A stretch of 64,000 nt of DNA from Planctomycetia bacterium (GTDB taxonomy: Bacteria > Planctomycetota > Planctomycetia > Pirellulales > PALSA-1355): positions 2,791-66,790 of the forward strand of contig JACQFF010000167.1 in NCBI GenBank assembly GCA_016200205.1. The letters run 5' to 3'. This document shows, piece by piece, positions 9,553 to 20,191 of the stretch. The translations under genes and the position numbers were made by a program. The notes below the pieces were generated by a model. The model did no database searches and had not been told where the DNA came from. It was given only the letters and a program-made list of their open reading frames with translations. How positions within the stretch are numbered: position 1 is the stretch's first letter; each line of letters begins with the position of its first letter.

Positions 9553-10449
9553 CTATCGTGCGGAAGCCTGGTCCGCCGTGCTTTGGCCGGTCATGGCCAG
9601 GTAGCAAACGCAGAACAGGAGTAATACAAACGGCTGGACGAAGAAGAGTCCCAGGCCGCAAGTAAACAGAATAATAAAGGAAGACGCGAACATTATTACA
9701 ATGTAAAGCCCAGACAATGTCAGCTTGTTGCCGTTGGTAGCCTCTCTTGACATGCTCAGCGCTTCGACGACCCCTACGTTCCGATCGATCAGCACCAGCC
9801 ATGATGGCGACAACATCATCATGATGATGACGCCGGGCACCACCAACAGGATGAATCCAATCAAGACCAAGATGCCAAAAATGATTGAAATCCCCATCGC
9901 CCGCAGTAGAAAAGGTCCGGCGCTAAACAAATCCACGAACTCGGCCGGTTCGCCTCGCGCCGTTTTGAGAAAGTACGTCATAAGCCCGAGCGTCAGCCAG
10001 AATTGCACGACTCCGAAAGCCAAGCTGAACAAGCTTTCCGGCAACGTTTGCCGACGACCACCCGTGAAAATGGCAAATCCGATCGCCTCGCCGTAGCTGA
10101 TTGCCAGCAAAAACGCCGCGACTCCTACACAGGGCCACAAATTGGCTTTAAAGATTTGCCAGGTGCGGCTGAGGACATCGCTGAACTCGATCCGCGCAGG
10201 ATGAAACCCGCGGCGCATTTCGCCCTGCGGCCGCGCCGCCATCATCGTGGTGCTGGGCGATTGGTAGGGATTGCCGGTTTCGACATGCGGGGAGGGCTCG
10301 GGCACGGGTGGCGGCGCGGAGGCCTGCTGCGCCTGTTCGGGAATTTTGACAATGGCCCCGCATTGCGGGCACTTGGCCTCTTTACCCGACGTGCCATCCG
10401 GCGTGCGCAACAGTCGGTCGCAATGCGTGCAACGAAATTCGATCGGCAT
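9553..10449 (-). CDS. zinc-ribbon membrane protein
   Basis: Starting from the internal ATG at 10449: MPIEFRCTHCDRLL..CPQCG zinc ribbon, a Pro-rich linker, then about 5 TM helices. The upstream 49 aa of the track ORF look non-coding. Confidence 0.6.
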   Translation of the reverse strand: MPIEFRCTHCDRLLRTPDGTSGKEAKCPQCGAIVKIPEQAQQASAPPPVPEPSPHVETGNPYQSPSTTMMAARPQGEMRRGFHPARIEFSDVLSRTWQIFKANLWPCVGVAAFLLAISYGEAIGFAIFTGGRRQTLPESLFSLAFGVVQFWLTLGLMTYFLKTARGEPAEFVDLFSAGPFLLRAMGISIIFGILVLIGFILLVVPGVIIMMMLSPSWLVLIDRNVGVVEALSMSREATNGNKLTLSGLYIVIMFASSFIILFTCGLGLFFVQPFVLLLFCVCYLAMTGQSTADQASAR

Positions 10450-10674
10450 GGTTTCAGTTCCCCGGGGGCCGGCGGCCAGGCCTTTGCTTTGCCACGCTGA
10501 GAGCCAGAATACCACAGTGGCCAGCGCTGCCCAATCCCGCTCGGCAGCAAACACTCCATTTGATATTCGTCCAAAAGGCAAGTCTATCGGGTTCACCTAT
10601 CCGGCGGCCCGGCAAATTGCTAGCCTGAACGGCTGGTCTTCCACGGCCATCTCTTCACGGCTTTTGACAGACGC

Positions 10675-12681
10675 ATGCTCACGACGGCCGAAATCCTGGG
10701 TCCGGCAGGCCGCATCGCCGCCCGGCTCGAGCACTATGAACAGCGCAGCGAACAACTGGCCATGGCCGAAGCCGTGGCCGAGGCGATCAGCAAAAAGCAC
10801 CATCTGATCGCCGAGGCTGGCACCGGCGTGGGCAAAAGTTTTGCCTACCTGGTCCCCGCGATCTTGGCGGTGGCACAGGCCGGCGACAAGGATGAAAAAG
10901 CGCCCCAGCGGCGCGTCGTCATCTCGACCCACACGATCAGCCTGCAAGAACAACTGATCCACAAGGATCTGCCGCTGTTGGGTAGCGTCATTCCGCTGGA
11001 GTTCGCGGCGGTGCTGGTCAAAGGCCGGCACAATTACTTGAGCCTTCGCCGGTTGCGATTGGCGGCAGGCCGGGCCACGAGCCTGTATTATCGCGACGAG
11101 GAATTCGCCGAGTTGCGGGCCCTGGTCGACTGGTCGCGCGAAACGGCCGACGGCTCGTTGGCCGATTTGCAGCGGCGGCCGCTGGTAAACGTGTGGGACG
11201 AGGTCGAAAGCGACACCGTCAATTGCCTGGGGCGGGAATGTCCGACGCATAAGGAGTGCTTTTATTATCGCGCCCGCCGCCGCGTGCAAAACGCGCAGGT
11301 GCTGATCGTGAATCACGCGCTGTTCTTCAGCGACCTGGCGCTGCGCCGCAGCGGCGCCAGCATCCTGCCCGACTACGACGTGGTGATCTTCGACGAGGCC
11401 CACAACTTGGAGTCGGTGGCCAGCGACCACTTGGGCGTGAATCTCTCGTCGGGACAAATCGAGTACGTATTGAACAAGCTGTACAACGAGCGGACCAATC
11501 GCGGGCTGCTCGTGCATCATCGATTCGCCGAAGCCCAGCAGGATGTGCAAAAGTGCCGCTATCGCGCCGATGAGTTCTTCGAAGCGGTGGCCGAGTGGAT
11601 CGCCGAGCGCGGCAAGGGCACGATGCGGATCCCGGAACCGGAAATTGTCGAGAATCCACTCAGCCCGGCGCTGACGAAACTCTCACGCACGCTCAAGACG
11701 TGCGGCGCGGGAGTGCCCGAAGACGAGCGCCCCGATTTTACCGCCGCGGCTGAACGATTACAGCTTTTGGCTACGCTCGTCGAAGATTGGCGCTGCCAAC
11801 GCCAAGGCGAGACCGTGTATTGGGTCGAATCGACGCGCGGCCGGCGGGGACACCCGCGCGTGAACCTGGCGGCGGCTCCGCTCGACGTCGGCCCGACCCT
11901 GCGCGGGCAGTTGTTCGATAAAATCTCGACGGTGATCATGACCAGCGCCACGCTGACGGTGGGGCGCAGCGGGTCGTTTGATTTTTTCAAGTCGCGCGTG
12001 GGGCTCACGCAAGCCCAATGCCGCCGTTGGGGCAGCCCCTTCAACTACCGAAAACAGGCCGAGCTGGTGTTGTTGGACGGCATGCCCGACCCCACGGCCG
12101 ACAAAGATCGCTACGAGCGGGCCGCAGTCAAAATGATTCGCCGCTACGTCGCCCGCACCAATGGGCATGCGTTCGTGCTGTTCACCAGCTACGACATGAT
12201 GACCCGCGTGGCCGCCGAGCTGACCCCTTGGCTGGCGGAGCGGGACTTGGGGCTCTACTGCCAGGCCGACGGGCTGCCGCGGAGCCAAATGCTCGACCGG
12301 TTTCAGGCCAATTCGCGCGCCGTGCTGTTGGGAACCGATAGTTTTTGGCAGGGGGTCGATGTTCCGGGCGACGCCTTGCAGAACGTAATCATCACGAAGC
12401 TACCGTTCAGCGTGCCCGATCGTCCGCTCTTGGCAGCCCGGTTAGAGGCGATCCGCGCCGCCGGCGGCAATCCGTTTGCCGATTACCAATTGCCCGAGGC
12501 GGTGCTCAAACTCAAACAGGGTTTTGGCCGGCTGATTCGCTCGCAGCGCGATCATGGGCTGGTGGTAATTCTCGACCCGCGCGTTCGAAGCAAGCCGTAC
12601 GGCAATTTGTTTTTGGAATCGCTCCCCGACTGCCGCCGCGTGCTTGACTCGGTCCACTCCGACGAGGCGGTGCGGGAGTGA
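10675..12681 (+). CDS. DinG/Rad3-family ATP-dependent DNA helicase
   Basis: Walker A AGTGVGKS, a Cys-rich insert ([12 protein letters not shown]), DEAH-like FDEAHNLE, and C-terminal helicase motifs ([17 protein letters not shown]). Confidence 0.85.
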   Translation: MLTTAEILGPAGRIAARLEHYEQRSEQLAMAEAVAEAISKKHHLIAEAGTGVGKSFAYLVPAILAVAQAGDKDEKAPQRRVVISTHTISLQEQLIHKDLPLLGSVIPLEFAAVLVKGRHNYLSLRRLRLAAGRATSLYYRDEEFAELRALVDWSRETADGSLADLQRRPLVNVWDEVESDTVNCLGRECPTHKECFYYRARRRVQNAQVLIVNHALFFSDLALRRSGASILPDYDVVIFDEAHNLESVASDHLGVNLSSGQIEYVLNKLYNERTNRGLLVHHRFAEAQQDVQKCRYRADEFFEAVAEWIAERGKGTMRIPEPEIVENPLSPALTKLSRTLKTCGAGVPEDERPDFTAAAERLQLLATLVEDWRCQRQGETVYWVESTRGRRGHPRVNLAAAPLDVGPTLRGQLFDKISTVIMTSATLTVGRSGSFDFFKSRVGLTQAQCRRWGSPFNYRKQAELVLLDGMPDPTADKDRYERAAVKMIRRYVARTNGHAFVLFTSYDMMTRVAAELTPWLAERDLGLYCQADGLPRSQMLDRFQANSRAVLLGTDSFWQGVDVPGDALQNVIITKLPFSVPDRPLLAARLEAIRAAGGNPFADYQLPEAVLKLKQGFGRLIRSQRDHGLVVILDPRVRSKPYGNLFLESLPDCRRVLDSVHSDEAVRE

Positions 12682-12897
12682 GCCAGGCGGGATAGGGTCG
12701 GCGGCGGGACTAAGCCGCAAGCGGAGTTTCACGGTCACCTGCGGCTGACCCGCGCACCGCCGATAGGAGCCCCCTTGCGGCGGTTGACCCTTGTCGCGGG
12801 GCAGCTTAAAGTGAAGCCTAGGCAAACCGGACAACGAACTCGTTGCAACCGACTTCTCCGGAACACTTAAAGATCGCTCCAGGGGCGCTGTTTTCCC

Positions 12898-13671
12898 ATG
12901 CTTGCCAAGCGCGTGATCCCGTGTCTCGATGTCGATCGGGGCCGGGTGGTAAAAGGAACCAACTTTGTCAACCTGCGCGACGCCGGCGATCCGGTGGAGG
13001 TGGCTGCGCGCTATGAATTGGAAGGCGCCGATGAGCTTGTCTATCTTGATATTACGGCCAGCCACGAAGGCCGCGACATCATGCTGGACGTAGTTCGCCG
13101 GACCGCCGAAATGGTCTTTATGCCCTTGTGCGTCGGGGGTGGAATTCGCACGCTGGAGGACATTCGCGATCTCTTGCTGGCCGGTAGCGACAAGGTTTCC
13201 ATTAATTCGGCGGCCCCCAAAAACCCCCAGTTCGTCCGCCAGGCGGCCCACCGCTTCGGCAGCCAGTGCATCGTGGTCAACATCGACCCAAAGCGAGTGC
13301 AAAAGGACGGGCGCGAATTTTGGGAGGTGCATATTCATGGCGGGCGGCAAGGAACCGGGCTCGAAGCGGTGGCCTGGGCCCGTGAAGTCGAGAGTTTGGG
13401 TGCCGGCGAAATCGTGCTGACCAGCATGGATGCCGACGGCACCAAAAACGGCTACGATTTGGAGATTACCCGCGCGGTCAGCGAGGCGGTGAGCATTCCG
13501 GTCGTGGCAAGTGGAGGTGCGGGCAAGCCCGAACATTTGGCCGACGCCATTATCGAAGGCAAGGCTGACGCGGCGCTGGCGGCCAGCATCTTCCATTTTG
13601 GAGAGTACACGATCGGGCAAACCAAGCGAGTCATGCGTGAGCGGGGGATTCCCGTGCGTGAGGCTTCCTAA
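12898..13671 (+). CDS. hisF: imidazole glycerol phosphate synthase cyclase subunit HisF
   Basis: [16 protein letters not shown]...RDAGDPVE, then ...GGGIR and ASGGAG. Canonical HisF. Confidence 0.95.
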   Translation: MLAKRVIPCLDVDRGRVVKGTNFVNLRDAGDPVEVAARYELEGADELVYLDITASHEGRDIMLDVVRRTAEMVFMPLCVGGGIRTLEDIRDLLLAGSDKVSINSAAPKNPQFVRQAAHRFGSQCIVVNIDPKRVQKDGREFWEVHIHGGRQGTGLEAVAWAREVESLGAGEIVLTSMDADGTKNGYDLEITRAVSEAVSIPVVASGGAGKPEHLADAIIEGKADAALAASIFHFGEYTIGQTKRVMRERGIPVREAS

Positions 13672-13744
13672 AGCTTTGCGACTGCGGATAACGGGAATCG
13701 CGGAACACCGCTCACGATGCAAATAGGAAAGGGAAGAGACTGAC

Positions 13745-14893
13745 ATGGCTACCACTACCGATTCGAAGGTCTCGAAACCGAAAATGCGCAAGAAAGAACT
13801 GGAAGTCGACAAGCTGTTCACCGCGCTGGTGAAGCTCGAGGGGAGCGATTTGCACCTGAAGGTCGACTGCCCGCCCCACGTGCGCGTCAAAGGGAGTCTG
13901 CGCCCGCTGAATCGCGGCCCGATCGACGACGAGGAAATGGAACGGTTGTTGATGCCGATGCTCGACGAGCGGAACCGCAAGATTTTCGAAGAGACCGGCG
14001 GGGCCGACTTCGCCCACGCCATGGCAGTCGACGGCGTGCGCTGGCGTTTTCGCGTCAACATGCTCCATCAGATGGGCCACGTTGGCCTCGTGGCCCGCCG
14101 CGTGAGCAACTGGATCCCTGATTTCGAGGGGCTCCACTTGCCGGCGTCGATGGTCGATTTGTGCAAGTTCGATCAAGGCATGGTGTTGTTGGCCGGCGTC
14201 ACCGGTTCGGGCAAGACCACCACCATCGCCTCGATGCTCAACTGGATCAACGCCAATTATCGCAAACACATCCTCACGCTCGAAGACCCAATCGAATTCA
14301 TCTACACCGAAGACAAATGCCTGATCAATCAGCGCGAGATCGGGTTGGACGTGATTGACTTCGAAGTCGGCATGAAGCACGCGGTCCGCGAAGATCCCGA
14401 CGTGATGCTGGTGGGCGAAATGCGCGATCGCGAGACGTTCATGACGGCCATTCACGCCGCCGAAACGGGGCACCTGGTGTTCGGAACGATTCACGCTTCG
14501 AGTGCGGCCAGCACGATCGGACGTATTCTCGACTTGTTCCCCTCGGACTTGCACTCGGCCTTGCGCAGCGCCATCGCATTCAACATGCGCGGCATTGTGG
14601 CTCAAAAGCTGCTGCCTTCGATCAAGCCGGGCGTGAGCCGCGTGCCCACGGTGGAAATCATGACCTTCACAGCCACGGTGAAAAAACTGCTGTTGGAGGA
14701 GAAGGACGACAAGTTACCCGACGCGATCCGGATCGGGATCCGCGAAGGGATGCAGGATTTCACGATGAGCCTGGTGGACCTGGTGCAACGCGATTTGATC
14801 GACCGCGCAGTGGCCTTGGAAGTGGCCCCGAATACCGACGCACTCAAGATGGCACTCAAAGGCATCGCCGTTTCGCAACCCGGGATCCTCTAA
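13745..14893 (+). CDS. pilT: type IV pilus twitching-motility ATPase PilT
   Basis: GSDLHLKV, an intact Walker A GVTGSGKTTT, LEDPIEF, VGEMRD and the His-box GHLVFGTIH. Confidence 0.9.
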   Translation: MATTTDSKVSKPKMRKKELEVDKLFTALVKLEGSDLHLKVDCPPHVRVKGSLRPLNRGPIDDEEMERLLMPMLDERNRKIFEETGGADFAHAMAVDGVRWRFRVNMLHQMGHVGLVARRVSNWIPDFEGLHLPASMVDLCKFDQGMVLLAGVTGSGKTTTIASMLNWINANYRKHILTLEDPIEFIYTEDKCLINQREIGLDVIDFEVGMKHAVREDPDVMLVGEMRDRETFMTAIHAAETGHLVFGTIHASSAASTIGRILDLFPSDLHSALRSAIAFNMRGIVAQKLLPSIKPGVSRVPTVEIMTFTATVKKLLLEEKDDKLPDAIRIGIREGMQDFTMSLVDLVQRDLIDRAVALEVAPNTDALKMALKGIAVSQPGIL

Positions 14894-16659
14894 TGCAGCG
14901 CTGGTTGATCGTGCTCGCGGGGGCAATGGCGGCATGTGCCATCGACACCTCGCTCGTGTTGGCCGCCGAAAGCCCCGGGGTCTGGCCGGACATGGGTGGC
15001 GCGTTTTCGCGCGGCGGCGGCTCGTACTTGAGCCCGTGGAAAATTTTCGCCGCCTGGCTGATCTTTCTGGCTTGGGTTCGAACCACCGATTGGATCAGCC
15101 AAGACGGCCAGCTCTTCAAACTCAAGTACGGAATCTGGAATCCGATCGCGTTCTTCAGCTTTCTCTTGGCCTTCCTGCTGCTGTGGACATTGCCGTGGTT
15201 TGGGGTAGGCATGTTGCTGATGATCATCGCCTACGTTGCGCCGCTGACGGCCTATGTCATCTATCGCAATCAGCAGGTGCAATCGTTTGACAAAGTGCTG
15301 ACGCGGAAACACCTGCGCCGCATGATTGCCCGCGGGGTGAATAAGATCGGCATCAAGATGGAAGGGGCCGAAGACGAACCGCGCGAGCTGGGGCCGGACC
15401 TGCAACTTTCGGCAATGGGCGGCGCCACGGAGCGCGACGACAACGTGAACCTGCTCACCGCGCGGCAGTCGCTTGGCTATTTGCCGGCTCGTGAGTTGCT
15501 CTTTGACGCGCTCGAAGAGCGCGCTACGCACGTGATGCTCGACTTCAGCGCGCAAACGACCGTCGTTCGCTATCAAATCGACGGAATCTGGGCCGATCGC
15601 ACCCCGTTGGATCGAGCCAACGGCGATCTCGTTCTGGCGGTGTTCAAAGGACTATCGGCGCTCAATATCAACGACCGGCGGAACCGTCAGTCGGGCACCT
15701 TCGGCATGGAGGTCGGCAAAGAAAAATACATCTGCAAAATCACCAGCCAAGGCACGCAGACCGGCGAACGCGCGCTCGTGCACATGGACCCCCGCAAGCT
15801 GCCATTCAAAACGCTCGACGACATTGGCATGCGGCCCAAAATGCAAGAGCACCTCGACGAGATGATTCAGCAAAACGGACTGATCCTGTTCTCGGCCATG
15901 CCGGTCGGCGGATTGACGACCACGATGGATGTCGTGATCCTAAGCAGCGACCGCTTCATCCGCAACTGGGTGGCCGTTGCCGATGCAAACAAGCTGCCCG
16001 AACGGGAGATCGAAAACCTGCACATGACCACCTACGCAAGCGCCGCCGGCGAGACGGCGGCCACCGTGCTGCCCAAGTTGATTCGCACGTACCCCGACGT
16101 GATTGTCGTCCGCGATGTGTCCGACGTGGAAACGCTGTCGATCCTCTGCGAACAGGTCGCCCAAAACCGATTGATGCTGACCAGCGTCCGCGCGAAAGAA
16201 GCCGTCGAGGCGCTGTTGCGCGTCTTGACGCTGAAAATCCCCGCCGAAGAGTTCGCACCCGCTGTTACGGCGGTGCTCAATACGCGCCTAATCCGCAAGC
16301 TTTGCGAAACCTGCAAGGAAGGGTACGCCCCGCCGGCCGAGGTGCTCAAGCAGATGGGCCTGCCGGCCGGACGCGTCGAGGCCCTCTATCGCCCGCCGAC
16401 CGCGCCGATCGATCCGAAGCATCCGGAAGTGGTTTGCGAGCAGTGCCAGGGAGTGGGCTATTTCGGGCGGACCGCAATTTTCGAATTGTTGGTGGTGGAC
16501 GACGAGATCCGCAAAGTGCTCACGACCGCGCCGAAGTTGGACACCTTGCGCGCCGCGGCCCGCAAGTCCAAGCACCGCACGCTGCAGGAAGAAGGCGTGC
16601 TGCTCGTGGCGCGCGGCATCACTTCGCTGCAAGAGTTGCTGCGGGTGCTCAAACAATAG
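14893..16659 (+). CDS. membrane-anchored GspE/PilB-like protein with degenerate ATPase motifs
   Basis: The ATG overlaps the pilT stop (TAATG). Signal-like segment plus 3 TM helices, then a T2SSE-like core. Walker A reads SAMPVGGLTTT, Walker B region PDVIVVRDVSD, His-box NRLMLTSVRA. The C-terminal CETC..CEQCQGVGYFGR zinc module is retained. Confidence 0.8.
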   Translation: MQRWLIVLAGAMAACAIDTSLVLAAESPGVWPDMGGAFSRGGGSYLSPWKIFAAWLIFLAWVRTTDWISQDGQLFKLKYGIWNPIAFFSFLLAFLLLWTLPWFGVGMLLMIIAYVAPLTAYVIYRNQQVQSFDKVLTRKHLRRMIARGVNKIGIKMEGAEDEPRELGPDLQLSAMGGATERDDNVNLLTARQSLGYLPARELLFDALEERATHVMLDFSAQTTVVRYQIDGIWADRTPLDRANGDLVLAVFKGLSALNINDRRNRQSGTFGMEVGKEKYICKITSQGTQTGERALVHMDPRKLPFKTLDDIGMRPKMQEHLDEMIQQNGLILFSAMPVGGLTTTMDVVILSSDRFIRNWVAVADANKLPEREIENLHMTTYASAAGETAATVLPKLIRTYPDVIVVRDVSDVETLSILCEQVAQNRLMLTSVRAKEAVEALLRVLTLKIPAEEFAPAVTAVLNTRLIRKLCETCKEGYAPPAEVLKQMGLPAGRVEALYRPPTAPIDPKHPEVVCEQCQGVGYFGRTAIFELLVVDDEIRKVLTTAPKLDTLRAAARKSKHRTLQEEGVLLVARGITSLQELLRVLKQ

Positions 16660-16670
16660 GGGAGCCAACA

Positions 16671-17303
16671 ATGTATCTGAACGTTCTGCTGCTTCTGGTC
16701 TTCGCCGCCTGTTTTGCGGGTTTATATAACAGCGGACTGTGGTCGAACACGCTCTCGCTGATTAACGTGGTCACTGCGGCGCTCCTGGCAACGAACTACT
16801 TCGAACCGCTGGCCGGCTGGCTGGACAAGCAAGTCCCATCATTCACGTATGTTTGGGATTTCGCCGCGATATGGCTCATCTTCGCCGCCTCGATGATGGC
16901 CCTCCGCGCCGCCACCGATTACGTTTCGCGCGTCAAAGTACGATTCTTTCCTCCGGTCGATCAAGTCGGCAGCATTTTGTTTGCCTGTTGGATCGCCTGG
17001 GTGATGGTTTGTTTCACGACCATGACCCTGCACACGGCACCCCTGGCCCGTAACTTTCTCGACGGCGCGTTTCAGCCCGAACCCGATTCGAGAATGTTTT
17101 TTGGCCGGGGACCCGACCGCCTGTGGCTGAGCTGGGTGCACAAGGAATCAAAAGGCTCGTTGTGCCGGTTGCGCGAGATTGTTCCGTTTGACGCTCAGGG
17201 CGATTTTATCTTGCGTTACGCCAGCCGCCGCGAGCAATTCGAGAAACAGCTTTCGCTCACCAAGTCCGATTCAAAGGCGCCGAGCACGGCAATGCCAAAA
17301 TAA
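16671..17303 (+). CDS. CvpA-like integral membrane protein
   Basis: ATG at 16671 preceded by aggggag. Four TM helices in the CvpA-like pattern MYLNVLLLLVFAACFAGLYNSGLW. The upstream part of track ORF 16302 is an Arg-rich overlap and was rejected. Confidence 0.6.
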   Translation: MYLNVLLLLVFAACFAGLYNSGLWSNTLSLINVVTAALLATNYFEPLAGWLDKQVPSFTYVWDFAAIWLIFAASMMALRAATDYVSRVKVRFFPPVDQVGSILFACWIAWVMVCFTTMTLHTAPLARNFLDGAFQPEPDSRMFFGRGPDRLWLSWVHKESKGSLCRLREIVPFDAQGDFILRYASRREQFEKQLSLTKSDSKAPSTAMPK

Positions 17304-17489
17304 CGATCGAGGATTGTCCCGTCGTGAACGGACCGGACCGAAGTGACGATTTGCTTGTCGACCCGTGCTGGCTGGACTGCTGGACAAGCCAGTGGTGGTA
17401 CGCGAAATGAATTCCCGGGACGCGCTCACGCTTGCGTGAATAGGGCACCCACAATCATCCCATTCGAAAGAGCGGAGAATCGCCGGCGC

Positions 17490-18692
17490 CTAAGGCTGGC
17501 TGCTCTTCAAAAACGCTTCGATCCGATCGAAGCCGGCCTTTAGCGTTTCCAGGCTGGTGGCGAACGAAATCCGCGCGTAGCCTTCGGCGCCAAATGCAGA
17601 ACCCATCACCGTGGCCACGTTCTGCTGCTCCAACAGCGCCAGACACCACTGGGTCGAGTTGTCGACGCGCGTGCCGCCATATGTGCGGCCCAATTGCGCC
17701 TTGATGTTGATGAACGCATAGAACGCGCCGGCCATGTCCGGGCAAGAAAGCCCCTTGATCTCGGCGATCCGCTGGCGAACGAATTCACGGCGATTGGCGA
17801 ACTCCGCGAGCATCCGCGAAACGCACTCTTGCGGTCCCTGAATGGCGGCCAGGGCGGCGTACTGGCTGATGCTCGAAGGATTCGAGGTCTCCTGGCTTTG
17901 CAAGTCGGCCATGGCCGTGGCTACGTTGGTCGGCGAGAGGGTCCAGCCAATTCGCCAGCCAGTCATCGCATACGCTTTGCTCGCGCCGTTGACGACGATG
18001 GTGCGGTCTTGCATGCTCGGGCGGACGGTGGCAAAACTGGCGAAGCGGTGATTGCCGTAGATCAGCCGCTCGTAAATCTCGTCCGAGACGACCGTCAAAT
18101 TGCGCTCGAGCACGACATCGGCTAGTTCGCCCAGTTCTTCCGGCGAGTACATCGTGCCGGTCGGATTCGAAGGAGAACATATGAGCAGAATCGTCGACTT
18201 GCTGGTGATCGCCGCGCGCAGTTGAGTCGGGGTGAGTTTGAAGTTGTTCGTCTCGTCGGTCGGCACGATCACGGGGACGGCTCCGGTAAGTTTCACCAAT
18301 TCGGCATAGCTTACCCAGTACGGAGCCGGAATGATCACTTCGTCGCCGGGGTTGCACAGCGCCGTGAAAACGTTGTGCAACGAGTGTTTGGCGCCGTTGG
18401 AGACCACCACCTGCTGCGCGGCGTATTGCAGGCCGTGGGTGGCCAGATATTGCTTGGCGATGGCCGTGCGCAATTCGGGAATGCCACTGGCCACGGTGTA
18501 GTGGGTGTGGCCGGCTTGCATGGCCGACACGGCCGCCTGACAGATGTGCTCGGGCGTGGTGAAATCGGGCTCGCCGACGCTGAAGTCGTAGACGGTCTTG
18601 CCCGTCGCCTTCAATTCCTTGGCCTTGGCGGCCATGGCCAACGTGGCGGAGGGCTCCAAAGCCTGCACGATACGCGAAATGGACGGCGGCAT
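17490..18692 (-). CDS. pyridoxal-phosphate-dependent (aspartate-type) aminotransferase
   Basis: SVGEPDFTTPEHI, the NPTG block (PSNPTG) and SKAYAMTGWRIGW with the PLP lysine. Start taken at the internal ATG (MPPSISRIV..). Confidence 0.9.
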   Translation of the reverse strand: MPPSISRIVQALEPSATLAMAAKAKELKATGKTVYDFSVGEPDFTTPEHICQAAVSAMQAGHTHYTVASGIPELRTAIAKQYLATHGLQYAAQQVVVSNGAKHSLHNVFTALCNPGDEVIIPAPYWVSYAELVKLTGAVPVIVPTDETNNFKLTPTQLRAAITSKSTILLICSPSNPTGTMYSPEELGELADVVLERNLTVVSDEIYERLIYGNHRFASFATVRPSMQDRTIVVNGASKAYAMTGWRIGWTLSPTNVATAMADLQSQETSNPSSISQYAALAAIQGPQECVSRMLAEFANRREFVRQRIAEIKGLSCPDMAGAFYAFINIKAQLGRTYGGTRVDNSTQWCLALLEQQNVATVMGSAFGAEGYARISFATSLETLKAGFDRIEAFLKSSQP

Positions 18693-18970
18693 CGAACAAC
18701 TCCCAAGAAAACGACGCGCGAAGAAAACAGGCCACACCAAGGTACCCATCCTGGGCCCGCTTGACGCTTCTTGCCCCAGCGTGCGACAATCATATTAGTT
18801 CAAAGGTTCGCTTCCAAGTGGCTTCTTGCTGGGAAGCGCGGCCGAACGTCCTGCCCTTAGCCAGCCGGTAGCATCGCGGCCCCCTAAGCCACAAGGGCTG
18901 CTCCTTCATCCGGCACTTTGAATTGCCCACTTCGTAATCACTTTCTTTTATCATCAGGATATTGATTTCC

Positions 18971-20191
18971 ATGGCGCGTACTCGGATTGGTTTGTGGCTC
19001 ATTGGGGCCAAAGGGGGCGTGGCGACGACCGCGTTGGTTGGACTCACCGCCCTGAAAAAAGGCTTGATCGGCCCGGCCGGCCTGGTCAGCCAATTACCCC
19101 AGTTCCGAAGCCTCGAACTGGCCGATTGGAAGGATTTTGTCATCGGTGGCCACGATATCCGGCCCGGCCGACTTTACGACGAAGCCGCGCGGATGCACTC
19201 CGAAAGTCGGGCCATTGATCCGGAGATTCTGGCCAGGTGCAAAGCCGACTTGGAAAAAATCGAAAAGAACCTCCGCCCCGGGGTCCTGCTGAACGTGGGC
19301 CCCACGATCGAGAAATTCGCCGATCCCGAGCTGCGCAAACAGCGCGAAACGCCGCGCGCGGCCATCGAGCGGATTCAGGCCGATCTGAAGGCCTTTATCG
19401 CCGCACACAAGCTGGCTCACCTGATCGTCGTGAATGTCGCTTCCACCGAACCGAGCGTCGACGCCGCGGGACTGCCCCAACGGTGGGCCGAGCTCAATAG
19501 ATTGCTCGACAAGCCGCAAAAATGTGCCCTGCCGGCCAGTTCGCTGTATGCCGTCGCGGCCCTGGATTTGGGCTGCTCGTATATCAATTTCACCCCCTCG
19601 TTGGGCGCTTCGCCGGTGGCGATCGGCGAATTGGCCCTCGATCGGCAGACGCGCCACATGGGTTACGACGGCAAGACCGGCGAGACGCTGCTCAAAAGCA
19701 CGCTGGCACCCATGTTCGCACATCGCAACCTCGAGGTCATGAGCTGGGTCGGCCACAACATCTTCGGCAATCTCGACGGCAAAGTGCTCGATGATCCGGC
19801 CAACAAAAAGTCGAAGGTCACGAGCAAAGATCGCCTCTTGAGACTCATCCTGGGTTACAGTCCGCAAACGCTCGTCACGATCGAATACATCGCCAGCCTT
19901 GGCGACTGGAAGACCGCCTGGGACCATGTCCACTTCAAAGGTTTTTTGGGCACGCCGATGACGTTTCAGTTCATCTGGCAAGGCTGCGATTCGCTGCTGG
20001 CCGCGCCGCTGGTGCTCGACCTGGCACGGTTCACCGAACGTGCGTGGCGCAATGGCGACATGGGCACGCTCGGCTTCCTCAGCAGCTTCTTCAAGAGCCC
20101 CTTGGGATGCGAAGAAAACGATTTTGGCCGGCAGTTTCAGATGCTCGAGGCGTGGGCTGCTAGCACCGCGGCGCGGGCGCACGCGACTTGA
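18971..20191 (+). CDS. inositol-3-phosphate synthase family protein
   Basis: N-terminal RIGLWLIGAKGGVATT (NAD-binding), GYDGKTGETLLKS, and a NIFGNLDG..SK..SK block typical of MIPS. Confidence 0.75.
   Translation: MARTRIGLWLIGAKGGVATTALVGLTALKKGLIGPAGLVSQLPQFRSLELADWKDFVIGGHDIRPGRLYDEAARMHSESRAIDPEILARCKADLEKIEKNLRPGVLLNVGPTIEKFADPELRKQRETPRAAIERIQADLKAFIAAHKLAHLIVVNVASTEPSVDAAGLPQRWAELNRLLDKPQKCALPASSLYAVAALDLGCSYINFTPSLGASPVAIGELALDRQTRHMGYDGKTGETLLKSTLAPMFAHRNLEVMSWVGHNIFGNLDGKVLDDPANKKSKVTSKDRLLRLILGYSPQTLVTIEYIASLGDWKTAWDHVHFKGFLGTPMTFQFIWQGCDSLLAAPLVLDLARFTERAWRNGDMGTLGFLSSFFKSPLGCEENDFGRQFQMLEAWAASTAARAHAT

Noticed and set aside
12442-14061. 539-aa minus-strand ORF
   Set aside because: It is antisense to hisF and pilT, both of which have unambiguous motifs. 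Its Arg/Gly/Pro-rich composition is typical of shadow ORFs in GC-rich DNA. The same reasoning rejects 6346-7665(+), 10597-11550(-), 21489-22955(-), 27432-28505(-), 43734-45164(+), 49287-50996(-), 51498-52433(-) and 52301-53158(-).
16302-16670. Upstream 123 codons of track ORF 16302-17303
   Set aside because: This stretch is Arg/Gly/Ala-rich and lies entirely inside the 3' end of the PilB-like gene in another frame. The membrane protein starts at ATG 16671, which has its own SD.
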